From a virus, in the IMG/VR virus record IMGVR_UViG_3300035180_002574, positions 117,178 through 181,177 of that record: a stretch of DNA of 64,000 nucleotides; one strand, given 5' to 3'. Below are positions 19,610-29,804 of this stretch, in pieces. The position numbers and the translations under genes were made by a program. Each line of letters opens with the position of its first letter. Positions within the stretch are counted from its first letter, which is position 1. The notes beneath the pieces are model-generated. The model made no database searches. It was not told the DNA's origin and saw only the letters and a list, made by a program, of their open reading frames with translations.

Positions 19610-22600
19610 TATCTTACCTCTACCCAAGTAATATTTGCTCTGGCTCTAGTTTTGCCAACCGATTCACATGTTGCAACCAATGTCAATGTGTCTTGGCTCG
19701 TGTTGGATCCTAGACCGGCAAAACCAGGCATTCTTAATTTTCTTCCTAACATATCAAATAATGGCGATAAATCGACATAATCAGAATCTATGTCATTATT
19801 CAAAAATCCACGCAAAATTAATTCTCCGCCAGAATATGAAGTGGCTGACACATCATATTCAACTCCAGAAAGAGCTGATGCTGAAGTATATGACGCACCC
19901 GTTAACGTAGCATTATATATCAGTTTCCAGCTCATTTTATAACCTTCGGTACTGACGGTGAGTACTTTTGGTAAGATGACCATTCTATTGGTAATAGAAT
20001 TGTATAATGATTTTGGTCTAATAGTCATAATTGGAATTTCTGTTGTACCAACCAACAAATCACTTGCAGTAAATGCAGAGAATGACCACTCAAATGGTTC
20101 ATGAATTTGACCTTGTGCCCCAACACGAGCACAAATCATTGTCAATGAGCCCGCAGATGAAGCTCCAGAATTTGCAATTCTAAATTGAACCGGCAATTGA
20201 GCTGTAGCCGTATAAGGAACTGTCAAAGTATTTGCGTGTAATGATTCGTGAACTAATATATTGTCTATAAAATATCTTACAGTTCCAACTCCATACCACT
20301 GTACTTCAATTTCATATAAATTGCCCTTTGTAACATCTAGTGTAATTGAGCTAAGACCGGTGCCATCAAGCTTATCAACGTTCCATAAGTTTTGAGGAAT
20401 TATTGTATCAACAACAGATCCTGAAGTATTTGATCTTTCTACTATATTTAGAGCAGTTCCAGATAATCTAAAGAACAATCCGTTATATCCATCAAAATAT
20501 CCCCATTCACGAACCTGATTTGCTTGACCAGAATCTGAATTAATTATAGATAAGGCGATTAATTGAGTATAACCTGCCTGATATTTGAAATAAGTATTTG
20601 TGCAAATAGCTGCGGTGGACCCAGAAGTTCCAGTTACTGATACCCTTAATGCTGATAATGCTGGAACATGAACTGCAGTTCCGCCAGTTGCAGTTAAAGT
20701 ATCCCACTGCCTAGTGTCTAATTCATATTTATTTGTTAAATCAGATAGCGTATAAAGCCCAGCAACTTTTATTTCTTGAGAAATAGTTGCTCTGATGGTC
20801 CTATTATTAGTATCTTTTATACTAGATAATGTATTTAGTGGGTCTCCAATAAATGAATTTGCTACCTCTAAACGATCACTATTACAGAAATAAACAGAGT
20901 CGCAATAGAGAGTAGTGTTGCTTGCAGGTGTTCCAGTATTGGTTATTCCAACTACATAATTTAGTTGATCATATGGTCCTGGAATATGCAAATTATTAAC
21001 GGCAACCAAAGTTCCATTAATAGAAAGAGTTGCTTTTGCTCCAGTAATATCTATTTGAAATAAATTATTATTTAATAATGACGCACCTGCTGGCAAAATA
21101 ACATTCGTAATTTCAGTTGCATATGATGCATTTAAACTTGATGTAATAAAGCTTACTTGATTGTTATTAGTTCCGCTAATTTGAACCATAACTTGTTTTA
21201 TTGGATTAGCCGGCGTGCTTGCAGTATCAATAAATCCAAAAAACGCAGTTTGATTTGCAATGTTTTGCGAAATATTAACCCAGGCGCTACAACTAAATGG
21301 CAAATAATCAGCTTTTCTTTGAATATAAGTAGAGCTTCCGCTTGTTGTTCCAGAAGCTATCACAAGATTCGAATTTGATATTGTAAGACTTCCTCCAGAA
21401 CCAGTAAATGTTTTCCAATTACTTACTACGGCTGTCGTTGCCGCAGTAGTTCCAGTATATACGGAACTTAATGTTAAGCTTGTATCGCTATTTACAGAAG
21501 AAACTAACACATATAATGTTTCTGCGTCTGATGATTTTTTAATAAATTGACCAACAAGAACTGATTTTGTAAAGTTTGTTCCAGATCCAGTTACTATATT
21601 TGAATTATTAGTGAAAGTTACTGTTCCAGCCAGAGTTGTTGTTAAAGTAGTTCCAACAAAATCGTCTCTAAAACTACCCTCATCTGTAGTTATTGATCCG
21701 TGTGTTTCTAATCTTCCAGAAGTATCTAACGCAATTCCATTATTAACTAATGTGTCAGTGCTTGACGGATCTGGTTGATATGACGTATAAACAGCACCGG
21801 CTACAGGCTGGTATGTTGCAGTACCATCAATGCGTAATGCCCCCGCAGTTGTAAGTGATAGCGCGCTCATCTGCCCAGTCGTATAAGTTGGCGGCAAAGT
21901 TGTTACAGAACCACCAATGTATGTGGCAGAAGCGGGTGGAGCTGTACCAGTAGTTGATACAGATGGGTTGGATGTAGAAACAGATCCTGTAATTCTTAAA
22001 TTGCCGCTACCATCGACAGATAATGGCGCCATGTTACCATCGGTCCATGTTGGCGCCGATGTATTTGCCTTGGCTACTAAAACTGGTAATTTAGCGGTTG
22101 AATTTGCGGTGTTATCAGTACCCGTTCCAATTACAGTAAAATTTCCAGATCCAGAAACAGTTTGAGTTCCAGAGGGAATATTTCTAGTAATTAATCCATA
22201 TTCAGTTCCACCTGGTGCAGATGCGGAGGTGCGTAATGCTTGTATATTTACAGAATCGCTTCCACCAAGTAATACTGCTTGCGTTGGAAGATTAGATCCC
22301 ACGTTTGAAGCAAATGTAGAATTAATTGTTAATGGATTTGATCCAGTACCAAGTTCTACCGAGCCCCCAGATGAAGATTGCCTTAGATTGACGCCAAGTA
22401 CATATTGTGTTCCAGCTCCAGAGTCAACATCAAATACCCTTCCCATTTGCATGTTAGTTCCATCACTAAAGCCACTTGCACTACCGGCTGGTGGTGTTGC
22501 AGAACCAAACATAGATGTTAATGATGCTAATCCAGGAACTGAAACTGGTACCGGAGTTCCAGATGGCGAACCTTGAATAGTAATAACACCACCAGCAGGT

Positions 22601-22788
22601 GTTCCGGCAGTGCCGGCACCCACCACTAATTGCCTTCCTGTAGTATCTAGCGCAATTAATCTATTATTTGATCCATCTGATCCGGCAATCAGTAAAGCTC
22701 TATTTGATGCCGTTGTTGTTGAGGCATTGGAAATTGAAATTTCATAACCATCAGATGAATATAATATAGACGTCGGAGTATTTCCCAT
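19609..22788 (-). CDS. Long tail fibre/adhesin-like protein (1059 aa)
   Basis: S/T/G-rich repeats; N-terminal module shared with 22828..24834; lectin-like C-terminal domains; extended -10 TGATATAAT upstream. Confidence 0.65.
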   Translation of the reverse strand: MGNTPTSILYSSDGYEISISNASTTTASNRALLIAGSDGSNNRLIALDTTGRQLVVGAGTAGTPAGGVITIQGSPSGTPVPVSVPGLASLTSMFGSATPPAGSASGFSDGTNMQMGRVFDVDSGAGTQYVLGVNLRQSSSGGSVELGTGSNPLTINSTFASNVGSNLPTQAVLLGGSDSVNIQALRTSASAPGGTEYGLITRNIPSGTQTVSGSGNFTVIGTGTDNTANSTAKLPVLVAKANTSAPTWTDGNMAPLSVDGSGNLRITGSVSTSNPSVSTTGTAPPASATYIGGSVTTLPPTYTTGQMSALSLTTAGALRIDGTATYQPVAGAVYTSYQPDPSSTDTLVNNGIALDTSGRLETHGSITTDEGSFRDDFVGTTLTTTLAGTVTFTNNSNIVTGSGTNFTKSVLVGQFIKKSSDAETLYVLVSSVNSDTSLTLSSVYTGTTAATTAVVSNWKTFTGSGGSLTISNSNLVIASGTTSGSSTYIQRKADYLPFSCSAWVNISQNIANQTAFFGFIDTASTPANPIKQVMVQISGTNNNQVSFITSSLNASYATEITNVILPAGASLLNNNLFQIDITGAKATLSINGTLVAVNNLHIPGPYDQLNYVVGITNTGTPASNTTLYCDSVYFCNSDRLEVANSFIGDPLNTLSSIKDTNNRTIRATISQEIKVAGLYTLSDLTNKYELDTRQWDTLTATGGTAVHVPALSALRVSVTGTSGSTAAICTNTYFKYQAGYTQLIALSIINSDSGQANQVREWGYFDGYNGLFFRLSGTALNIVERSNTSGSVVDTIIPQNLWNVDKLDGTGLSSITLDVTKGNLYEIEVQWYGVGTVRYFIDNILVHESLHANTLTVPYTATAQLPVQFRIANSGASSAGSLTMICARVGAQGQIHEPFEWSFSAFTASDLLVGTTEIPIMTIRPKSLYNSITNRMVILPKVLTVSTEGYKMSWKLIYNATLTGASYTSASALSGVEYDVSATSYSGGELILRGFLNNDIDSDYVDLSPLFDMLGRKLRMPGFAGLGSNTSQDTLTLVATCESVGKTRARANITWVEVR

Positions 22789-22827
22789 ATGATTTCCTTA
22801 TTATCTTATTATATCAAGATAATATTA

Positions 22828-24834
22828 TTATGTAAATTCTGTAATTTTAGCAGAGCCAGCAACGGAGGTCCAGATAGCATCTATCTGTCCAGTATAATTA
22901 ACTGGAATATCCCAAGAACCCTGTCCAAAGATCTTTACAGTAAAACTTGTGCTGGAGGCAGTGGCTCCACACTTAACGAGAACGGTTCCATTATTAGAAT
23001 CATTATAAATTGTTCCGCCCAACCTGTTTGCATTAGAAGCTAGCAAAGTAGTATTTGTTCCAGTAGCTGCAACAGATGTTACTGTCGCAATGGAAGATTT
23101 AACTGGGGTTGCTGTAGTTGCTAATGCGCCAGTTGCATCAGTCTTAAGACTTCTTGCATTGGTTCCATCAGAACCTGCAATTAATACTGGGTTTCCAGCA
23201 ACGGCGGAACCATTTGCTGCTGCACCAATAACAATTTGTCTTCCAGATGAATCTGTAAGTAATGCTTTTAAATTAGAGCCATCTGAACCACCGGACAAAC
23301 TGGCAGAAGCTGGAGCGGCAGATCCAGTAGTTCCAATAGATGCGTTAGTAAAGTTTCCTGTACCAGCGTTGGCTGTTACTGTCCAAGTGCCAGATTGAGT
23401 GGCTAGAATATTTGAATCGCTAGATACCGTTACTCTTGGAATACCAGCACCAGAAGTTCCTGTACCAGTTACAACGTTACTTCCACCAAATTGTGTAACG
23501 TTTTGTGACCAAGGAGCACCACCTTGATTTGCTGTTACAGTTCCGCTTACCGGCTGAGTTACAGCGGAGCCGTCAACACGCAATGCACCGCCAGTAGTTA
23601 ATGATAAATAATTGAAAGTATTATTTGTATATGTTGGGGCTGAAGTTGTTACATAGCCGTCAATATTTGTTGCAATTGACGTATTTGGGCTAATAGAAAC
23701 AACCAATGCTGGATCGGTGGCGGTTGCTGCTGTAGATGCAGGTTTAACAGCCGCGGTATTTCCTCCGGCGTTAATAGATGTTAACCAAGGAGTGCTATTA
23801 GCAGTATTTCCTGGCTGAACAGTCCATGTACCAGATTGAGTTGCTAAAATGTTTGAGTCATTGGCAACAGTAACTCTTGGGATTCCAACTCCAGATGCGC
23901 CAGTTCCAGTTACAACGTTATTTCCGCCAAACTGAGTGATATTTTGGGTCCAAGGAGCGCCACCCTGGTTAGAGGTGACTGTTCCTGAAACTGGAATTGG
24001 TGTGCCAGAAGCATTACCTTGAACGGTTACTAATCCGGTAGAAGATCCAGATCCAGCAGCGGTTGTACCAACAATGGTAGCATTCAAGTTTGCGGCAGTT
24101 GCCTGAGAAACTTGAATTGGGGTCATGCTTGCAATACCCTGAACGGTTACAACTCCAGTTGCAGCAGATCCAGCAGAACCAGTACCAATAACATTGAAAT
24201 TGCCAGTGCCTGCATTTGCTGTTACCGTACCGGAAACTGGTTGAGTTACAGCTGATCCGTCAACCTTTAATGCTCCGCCAGCAGATACAGTTGCTGAATT
24301 TCCACCCTGATTAATTGTAAATAGCCATGGAGTGCTATTAGCAGTATTTCCAGGTTGAACTATCCACGTACCAGATTGAGTTGACGCAACGGTACCAGAA
24401 ACAGTTTGGGTTCCTGAAGGGATGTTTCTTGTAATTAGTCCAAATTCAGTTCCAGCAGGATTGGAGGTTGACCCTCTAAGAACTTGTAAGTTTGTACCAT
24501 CAGAAACACCTATTTGAGTTGAAGATCCTGGTATAGCAGAACCGTTTACTCCGATAGAAGCGTTGTTTGCGGTAATAGAACCGGAAATTGGAATTGGAGT
24601 TCCAGATGCTGAACCTTGAATGGTTATTACACCACCAGCCGGGGATCCTGCGGTTCCAGCACCCACCATAACTTGTCTGCCAGAAGAATCTACTGATAAA
24701 TATCTTGCGTTAGCGCCATCAGAACCAGCTAAAATTAGCGCTGAGGTACTTGCTGGTATTGCAATACCATTTTTTACTGTTACTTCATAGCCGTCTGAGC
24801 TATAAAGAATTGCAACTGGCGAATTAGAACCCAT
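22828..24834 (-). CDS. Tail fibre-like protein with internal duplications (668 aa)
   Basis: Repeated TQSGTWxV (3x) and NQGGAPWxQNxTQFGG.NVVTGTG.SG.GIPRVTV (2x) units. Confidence 0.65.
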   Translation of the reverse strand: MGSNSPVAILYSSDGYEVTVKNGIAIPASTSALILAGSDGANARYLSVDSSGRQVMVGAGTAGSPAGGVITIQGSASGTPIPISGSITANNASIGVNGSAIPGSSTQIGVSDGTNLQVLRGSTSNPAGTEFGLITRNIPSGTQTVSGTVASTQSGTWIVQPGNTANSTPWLFTINQGGNSATVSAGGALKVDGSAVTQPVSGTVTANAGTGNFNVIGTGSAGSAATGVVTVQGIASMTPIQVSQATAANLNATIVGTTAAGSGSSTGLVTVQGNASGTPIPVSGTVTSNQGGAPWTQNITQFGGNNVVTGTGASGVGIPRVTVANDSNILATQSGTWTVQPGNTANSTPWLTSINAGGNTAAVKPASTAATATDPALVVSISPNTSIATNIDGYVTTSAPTYTNNTFNYLSLTTGGALRVDGSAVTQPVSGTVTANQGGAPWSQNVTQFGGSNVVTGTGTSGAGIPRVTVSSDSNILATQSGTWTVTANAGTGNFTNASIGTTGSAAPASASLSGGSDGSNLKALLTDSSGRQIVIGAAANGSAVAGNPVLIAGSDGTNARSLKTDATGALATTATPVKSSIATVTSVAATGTNTTLLASNANRLGGTIYNDSNNGTVLVKCGATASSTSFTVKIFGQGSWDIPVNYTGQIDAIWTSVAGSAKITEFT

Positions 24835-24845
24835 AATTTACCCCA

Positions 24846-25370
24846 TTAAATAACAGTTCTTATCCTATTAATTTCGAAAACACCACTATAATTAATAGTA
24901 TCCACTGCTGTAACTAAAATTGTTGTACCGTCTGTATCATATACCTTCCAAGTAATAGTAGATATAGTTTTATTTGGATTATATACGTAATTTTCTTCTA
25001 AAATCTTATATGTTTTGGTAGCATCTGTATACCAAATTACAGATGTTGGAAATGGGCTAGCTGTAGGCGTAATCTCTCTATAAAGAGCAGGTCCAAATGA
25101 TTCATAAGGACCACCGCCATCCGCCAAATGTATAAGTTGTCTTAAACCTTTATGAGTATTTACGGTTACTTCATCCGCGCCGCCAACTCCAACCCATGCA
25201 GGAGTTACTGCAGTTAACATCCATAAACTGTTGTCATCTAATTGTCTAGCTAATTTACCAACATCGGATGATAAAAATCCGGTGGCACTAGTACGTTCCG
25301 AGGCATTATTATAAACAAACGCATACGGAAGATGTATATTTTCTGGCTGTAAGTTTTTATGCAAACTCAT
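24846..25370 (-). CDS. Hypothetical virion protein
   Basis: 174-aa ORF in the operon; TAATG-type overlap. Confidence 0.7.
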   Translation of the reverse strand: MSLHKNLQPENIHLPYAFVYNNASERTSATGFLSSDVGKLARQLDDNSLWMLTAVTPAWVGVGGADEVTVNTHKGLRQLIHLADGGGPYESFGPALYREITPTASPFPTSVIWYTDATKTYKILEENYVYNPNKTISTITWKVYDTDGTTILVTAVDTINYSGVFEINRIRTVI

Positions 25371-25996
25371 TAAACCGCCTTTTTCAATGCGTCACCATCA
25401 TTGATATAAGTAATGCTTCCGTCTATATCTAAGATAAAACTATTAGCAGATAGTGTTAAAATGCCTCCAACTACTTTTGCATCAAGAAATCCATCAGTCA
25501 AAACATTTACCGTACCAACAGTGCCATAAGGAACGCCATCAATTTGCACACCTACACCAGATGGTAAGCTAACAATTTGCTTAATTGCATCTTCCACATT
25601 ATTGGCACTAAGTCCAGTACCTCTTGGGTCAAATCCTACTTTTTTTGCACCCGCTGGATATCTGAATTGAACTGTTCCACCAGTAGAACTGGTTATCGTT
25701 TCATTAATAGAAAATGATGTGTCACTCAAGACAGAATTGACGGTATAATATCCATCTGCAATTCCGCCGGGCAACGTTCCATAAATCCAAGCAATGTCAT
25801 TTGGCTCGACAGGATGATCAGTGCTATATAAAATGCCATTACCATCCGAAGCCACATTAATATTGATTATATTTGGCGTAATTGTAGAAACAATAGATGT
25901 AGATAAGTAGATGCTATTATCCCCATATCCATCTGAGGCTAACTCATATGCATCTACTATATCTGTATCAAATATGTCTTGTTTTCTAATTGGCAT
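25370..25996 (-). CDS. Hypothetical virion protein
   Basis: ATG at 25996; two DGY motifs. Confidence 0.7.
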   Translation of the reverse strand: MPIRKQDIFDTDIVDAYELASDGYGDNSIYLSTSIVSTITPNIININVASDGNGILYSTDHPVEPNDIAWIYGTLPGGIADGYYTVNSVLSDTSFSINETITSSTGGTVQFRYPAGAKKVGFDPRGTGLSANNVEDAIKQIVSLPSGVGVQIDGVPYGTVGTVNVLTDGFLDAKVVGGILTLSANSFILDIDGSITYINDGDALKKAV

Positions 25997-26026
25997 CAAA
26001 ATTTATGCCAAATTATTCATTTGAAA

Positions 26027-26446
26027 TTAAGATCTCTTCTTTTTGCTGGAAACTTTTTTGTCCTCAGAACGATCCTCATTTATTTGCTTTTCTAAAGATT
26101 CTTTTTCAAGTGCATCTTTTATTAATTTTTCTTTTTCAGATTGTTCATCAGCCAGCATTTGCTTCTCTTGTTCTGCCTTTTCAGCAAGTGTTACAAACCC
26201 GCTAAGTACTCCATATATAATACTGCTAACTGAAGCAAATGCACCGGCTTGACCATCAAAAACTGCGGCTTGGCGACGTAAATTTTCAGCTTGCGTCAAA
26301 CAGTTTTGTCTGTTTTTTTCGGCATCATTCATAATTTGAATAAGGGTTGCTTCAAAAATATCCCTTCCATCTTCAGCAATTACTCCCTTTAAAATTGCGT
26401 CTTGAAATTTTTGTCTTAATTTTGCAATATCTTCAGTAAATGACAT
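26027..26446 (-). CDS. Coiled-coil hypothetical protein
   Basis: Helical, charged C-terminus. Confidence 0.7.
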   Translation of the reverse strand: MSFTEDIAKLRQKFQDAILKGVIAEDGRDIFEATLIQIMNDAEKNRQNCLTQAENLRRQAAVFDGQAGAFASVSSIIYGVLSGFVTLAEKAEQEKQMLADEQSEKEKLIKDALEKESLEKQINEDRSEDKKVSSKKKRS

Positions 26447-26466
26447 AATACTTTCTTTCTTTTATT

Positions 26467-26700
26467 TTATTTTATTAATCCTTGTTTTTTGCATTTAGCC
26501 ATATGATGCGCTACTATTAAGCACAATTCACAATAAATGCCATGTATACCGTGACCAGATACTTCGAAAAATTTTGTAGGTTCTTCTGGATTATCTGGAC
26601 CTTGCCTCTTAAAAAAAGGAGGCGCCTCATGACCACTGGCGCACCAATGATTATGAGGCGGATCAACTTCTTTTTGAATAAAATCTTCTTCCAAAAACAT
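26467..26700 (-). CDS. Small Cys/His (Zn-binding-like) protein
   Basis: HNHWC..GH...YCELC; TGATATAAT 10 nt upstream of the ATG. Confidence 0.6.
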   Translation of the reverse strand: MFLEEDFIQKEVDPPHNHWCASGHEAPPFFKRQGPDNPEEPTKFFEVSGHGIHGIYCELCLIVAHHMAKCKKQGLIK

Positions 26701-26719
26701 CTTACATCATATTATATCA

Positions 26720-28228
26720 TTAAGTCTTAATAAAGTAATTTATGTGGTCGTTTTTGTTTATCATTTGATAGAATGTTACTGAAGTCGTGCTTGTTTCTGC
26801 ATAATCATTTCCAGCAGCCACTGGTCCTGGATCTCTTAATAATCCACGAGTAAATATCCACAAATTCTGACCATTTCCAGTACCATCTAATGTGTATGAA
26901 ATTCCACCAGGCAATGTGTGGGCGGTATTTGCCGAAATATGTCCAGACAATCTTTCAATCGTACGGGTTACGTGAGAAGAGGTAATTGCGTTAGATAGTG
27001 CCTGTAAAGATGCCGTTATTGTCTGTCCACTTGTTAAAATAGATCCAGTATAAGTTCTATTTCCAATTTGGGAATTCAAAGTATTTAAAGCATCAACAAC
27101 GGTTGGTGTAGCATTAGGCAAATTATAGAATGGGAAATATGTTGTTGTATTTGTTAATAAACCATTAAGATTGGTAGTTGTACTAACCGTACCTAAAGTT
27201 TCTAAAATATTATTAACTTGACCACTCAAAGCTGCATCCGTCAAAACACCAAGTGCCGGAACAGTTCTAAAAGCGTTCTCATCTAATTGGTCTAGTCTTT
27301 CATTATAACCATACAATAAATTAATTGTTGTTGGCTGTCCAGCTTCCCAAGTATATGCTGTGTGTGTTCCGGTATAATCTGCCCAGAATGGAGATGAATA
27401 GAAATGAACTTCTACAGAGTTTGGAGAAGTAGATAATCCCGCATAGGTAACACCAAAAATTCTTTCACCGGCATGAGGTCCCGTAAGTACGGTTAATTCA
27501 CTTCCACTGGAATATCCATCTGTAATATGAACATAACATGAAGTCCAGTCCCCACTAAATGGGGCTGCATCGAAACAAGGAACTCCAGTATTATCAACAG
27601 CATCAGCATGTTTTAAATTTCCAACAGATGATAAAGTTACCAAAGTATTGGTTGCAGCTACAGAAACATTAAAAAATGCTCTGTTAACGTTATAAGCAAT
27701 GGCGTCTGTTGTTTTTCCTGCAATATTTGTTAAATTGGCGCTAACATTTGTACCAACTGCGGTTGGTCTTTGATATGTTGGAACAGCGTCATACCAATTT
27801 GTGGTACCTTTAATTCCTTTACGATCTGTTCTGGTATAATTGATGTCATCTTCTAAAGAATATGGCTGTCTTTCTGTCCATACAATGGCGCCGTTGTTGG
27901 CATCAGATGGTACGGCATTAACATTGTAAATATCAACAGAGGTTGATGAGTTAAAATTAGCAATTAAAAATGTTCCATTGTTTGCAGAAGATGCTGCGCC
28001 AGAAATAGTTAACATATTAGTTACGCTAGCTGCAGTCATTCCTGTTAGACCAGTTATTGTTGCAATTCCCGAAGAAACCGTGGTAATACTAGCAGCAGAG
28101 CCAGTTTGTCCGGCTATTGCCGCACCAAATCCAGCAGCTTCATCAGATAATGTTAATGTTTGAGATTGAGTGTATGAACCAGCAATATCAAGAGCTTGGT
28201 TTAGTGCATTTTGTCTAGAAAAACCCAT
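26720..28228 (-). CDS. Virion structural protein (T/S/N-rich)
   Basis: 502 aa; SD GAGGA; C-terminal ..G....DY......F small beta domain. Confidence 0.6.
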   Translation of the reverse strand: MGFSRQNALNQALDIAGSYTQSQTLTLSDEAAGFGAAIAGQTGSAASITTVSSGIATITGLTGMTAASVTNMLTISGAASSANNGTFLIANFNSSTSVDIYNVNAVPSDANNGAIVWTERQPYSLEDDINYTRTDRKGIKGTTNWYDAVPTYQRPTAVGTNVSANLTNIAGKTTDAIAYNVNRAFFNVSVAATNTLVTLSSVGNLKHADAVDNTGVPCFDAAPFSGDWTSCYVHITDGYSSGSELTVLTGPHAGERIFGVTYAGLSTSPNSVEVHFYSSPFWADYTGTHTAYTWEAGQPTTINLLYGYNERLDQLDENAFRTVPALGVLTDAALSGQVNNILETLGTVSTTTNLNGLLTNTTTYFPFYNLPNATPTVVDALNTLNSQIGNRTYTGSILTSGQTITASLQALSNAITSSHVTRTIERLSGHISANTAHTLPGGISYTLDGTGNGQNLWIFTRGLLRDPGPVAAGNDYAETSTTSVTFYQMINKNDHINYFIKT

Positions 28229-28272
28229 TATATATCCTCGTGTAAGCTAATTTCCAAAACTATTACTATTTA

Positions 28273-29004
28273 TTATACTTTTTTAACGACATATGTGGCA
28301 AATAATATGCTATGATTGCTTGGAGTAAATGAAAATATATTGATAGTATCATATCCTGTACCAGCTCCGCCTGACTCAGCAATAGAATAATCTATTGCCT
28401 CATATAAATCTTTACCATTATGTTTTATATGAATATGAAACTGATCACCAGATGGTGTAAGACCATTTAAAAATTTTTCTGGAGTATAAAATGTTCTATT
28501 GGTACCATTTCTAAGTCCAATAAGCGGAATTTCTTCTCTCCACAAATAAGATACTCCGCCAGTTTGACTTTGAATATAAGCCTTCGTATCGTCGCCCAGC
28601 TCATCAACTCCAATATCAATTCCTTCTGTAAATCCGAAAGATTTCAAAAATTCTCGTTGTTTGTCGCTAAATTGAAGCAAATCTATATTGCTAGATACTA
28701 GAGCAATATCTCCGCATAAAAATTTATGTCTTAATTCGCCTTTAAGAAGTGATGCTCTAATATCTGATTCTTGAACTCCCGGGATTTGAAGCAAATCTCG
28801 CGTTTGACCAGCATTAATTGGATAATGAAAAATCTTTATTGTTTTTTGAGGCGACAAACGAAATACTTCAGATCTATATGGTGGAGGAATTTTAGGATCA
28901 TCATTTTCTATGTGAAGTTTTGAACTAGCAGTGCCAGTTATGTTTTTCACAATAAAATGAGTATTGTACTTCAAAGAATAAGCAAAATCACTTTCACTGC
29001 TCAT
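28273..29004 (-). CDS. Virion-associated hypothetical protein
   Basis: C-terminal NGTNRTF...NG..L....DY beta domain of phage-tail type. Confidence 0.6.
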   Translation of the reverse strand: MSSESDFAYSLKYNTHFIVKNITGTASSKLHIENDDPKIPPPYRSEVFRLSPQKTIKIFHYPINAGQTRDLLQIPGVQESDIRASLLKGELRHKFLCGDIALVSSNIDLLQFSDKQREFLKSFGFTEGIDIGVDELGDDTKAYIQSQTGGVSYLWREEIPLIGLRNGTNRTFYTPEKFLNGLTPSGDQFHIHIKHNGKDLYEAIDYSIAESGGAGTGYDTINIFSFTPSNHSILFATYVVKKV

Positions 29005-29709
29005 TTACTTCTCCACAAACTTATCTCTAATAGTGATTGTAACCGTTCTCTCAACATCTGGATTTTCGGCAGTTGCTTTTACTCCGCCAAATAATTTTTC
29101 AAGAAGTGTATCATATGATTCTTTTCCAATATCACTCTTCTTGATTTCTAATGCAGAGTTAATATCTTTTCTAGTTAGTTCTTCGTCTTTTGATAAAATG
29201 ACTCTTTTTAACTCACTAGCCCCCATTTTTTGTAAATCATCTGGAGTTAAACGATATCTCATATGTAAAAGCTCTTCAATATAATTCAAGCTTCCCATAG
29301 CCGGTTGTGCTTCAGTATAATCACCATCTAATTGCTCTACTCTCAACCCTTTATCAAGAGTAGATAATAATACACGGGCATTGCTATCTTGCCACTCTGG
29401 TTCTTTACCATAAATGGATTTTAAATCTCCAACAATAGTTTTTAGCTTATTAAGATTCTTTATCTTATTGGCAAATCCTTCAGAAATGAAGGCTTCACTA
29501 CGATTATAATTTTGCAGCCCACGTCTTGGATTATATTCTGTCTCTTGATCAATTCTGCGAGTATCAAATGCCAATTTTTTGAATCCAGAGCCATTAATAT
29601 AAGACTCAAATCCCTTTTTTCTAAGGAGCATACACATTTTTCTAGACGGAACATCTGCTGTCCCCCTAGTAATTAATGAATATAGATCCAAAACGGTATT
29701 TAATTTCAT
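29005..29709 (-). CDS. Hypothetical protein with K-x-A motif
   Basis: SD GGAG; FKKLAF. Confidence 0.7.
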   Translation of the reverse strand: MKLNTVLDLYSLITRGTADVPSRKMCMLLRKKGFESYINGSGFKKLAFDTRRIDQETEYNPRRGLQNYNRSEAFISEGFANKIKNLNKLKTIVGDLKSIYGKEPEWQDSNARVLLSTLDKGLRVEQLDGDYTEAQPAMGSLNYIEELLHMRYRLTPDDLQKMGASELKRVILSKDEELTRKDINSALEIKKSDIGKESYDTLLEKLFGGVKATAENPDVERTVTITIRDKFVEK

Positions 29710-29770
29710 GCTGTTTCGCTCTCCGTATACTTATCACAAGTAATGCAGTAATATTGTCATCCGCCCGCCC

Positions 29771-29798
29771 TTGACTGTATTTTTTTACGATATATTGT
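29771..29798 (+). promoter_or_regulatory. Sigma70-like promoter (TTGACT-N16-TATTGT), predicting a leaderless cca mRNA
   Basis: -35 at 29771-29776, -10 at 29793-29798, ATG 6 nt later, no SD. Confidence 0.5.
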
Positions 29799-29804
29799 GC
29801 GTGC

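Noticed and set aside
22828-24834. CRISPR-like or DGR template repeats
   Set aside because: Repeats are in-frame, diverge mainly at synonymous sites rather than at adenines, and no Cas or reverse transcriptase gene is present.
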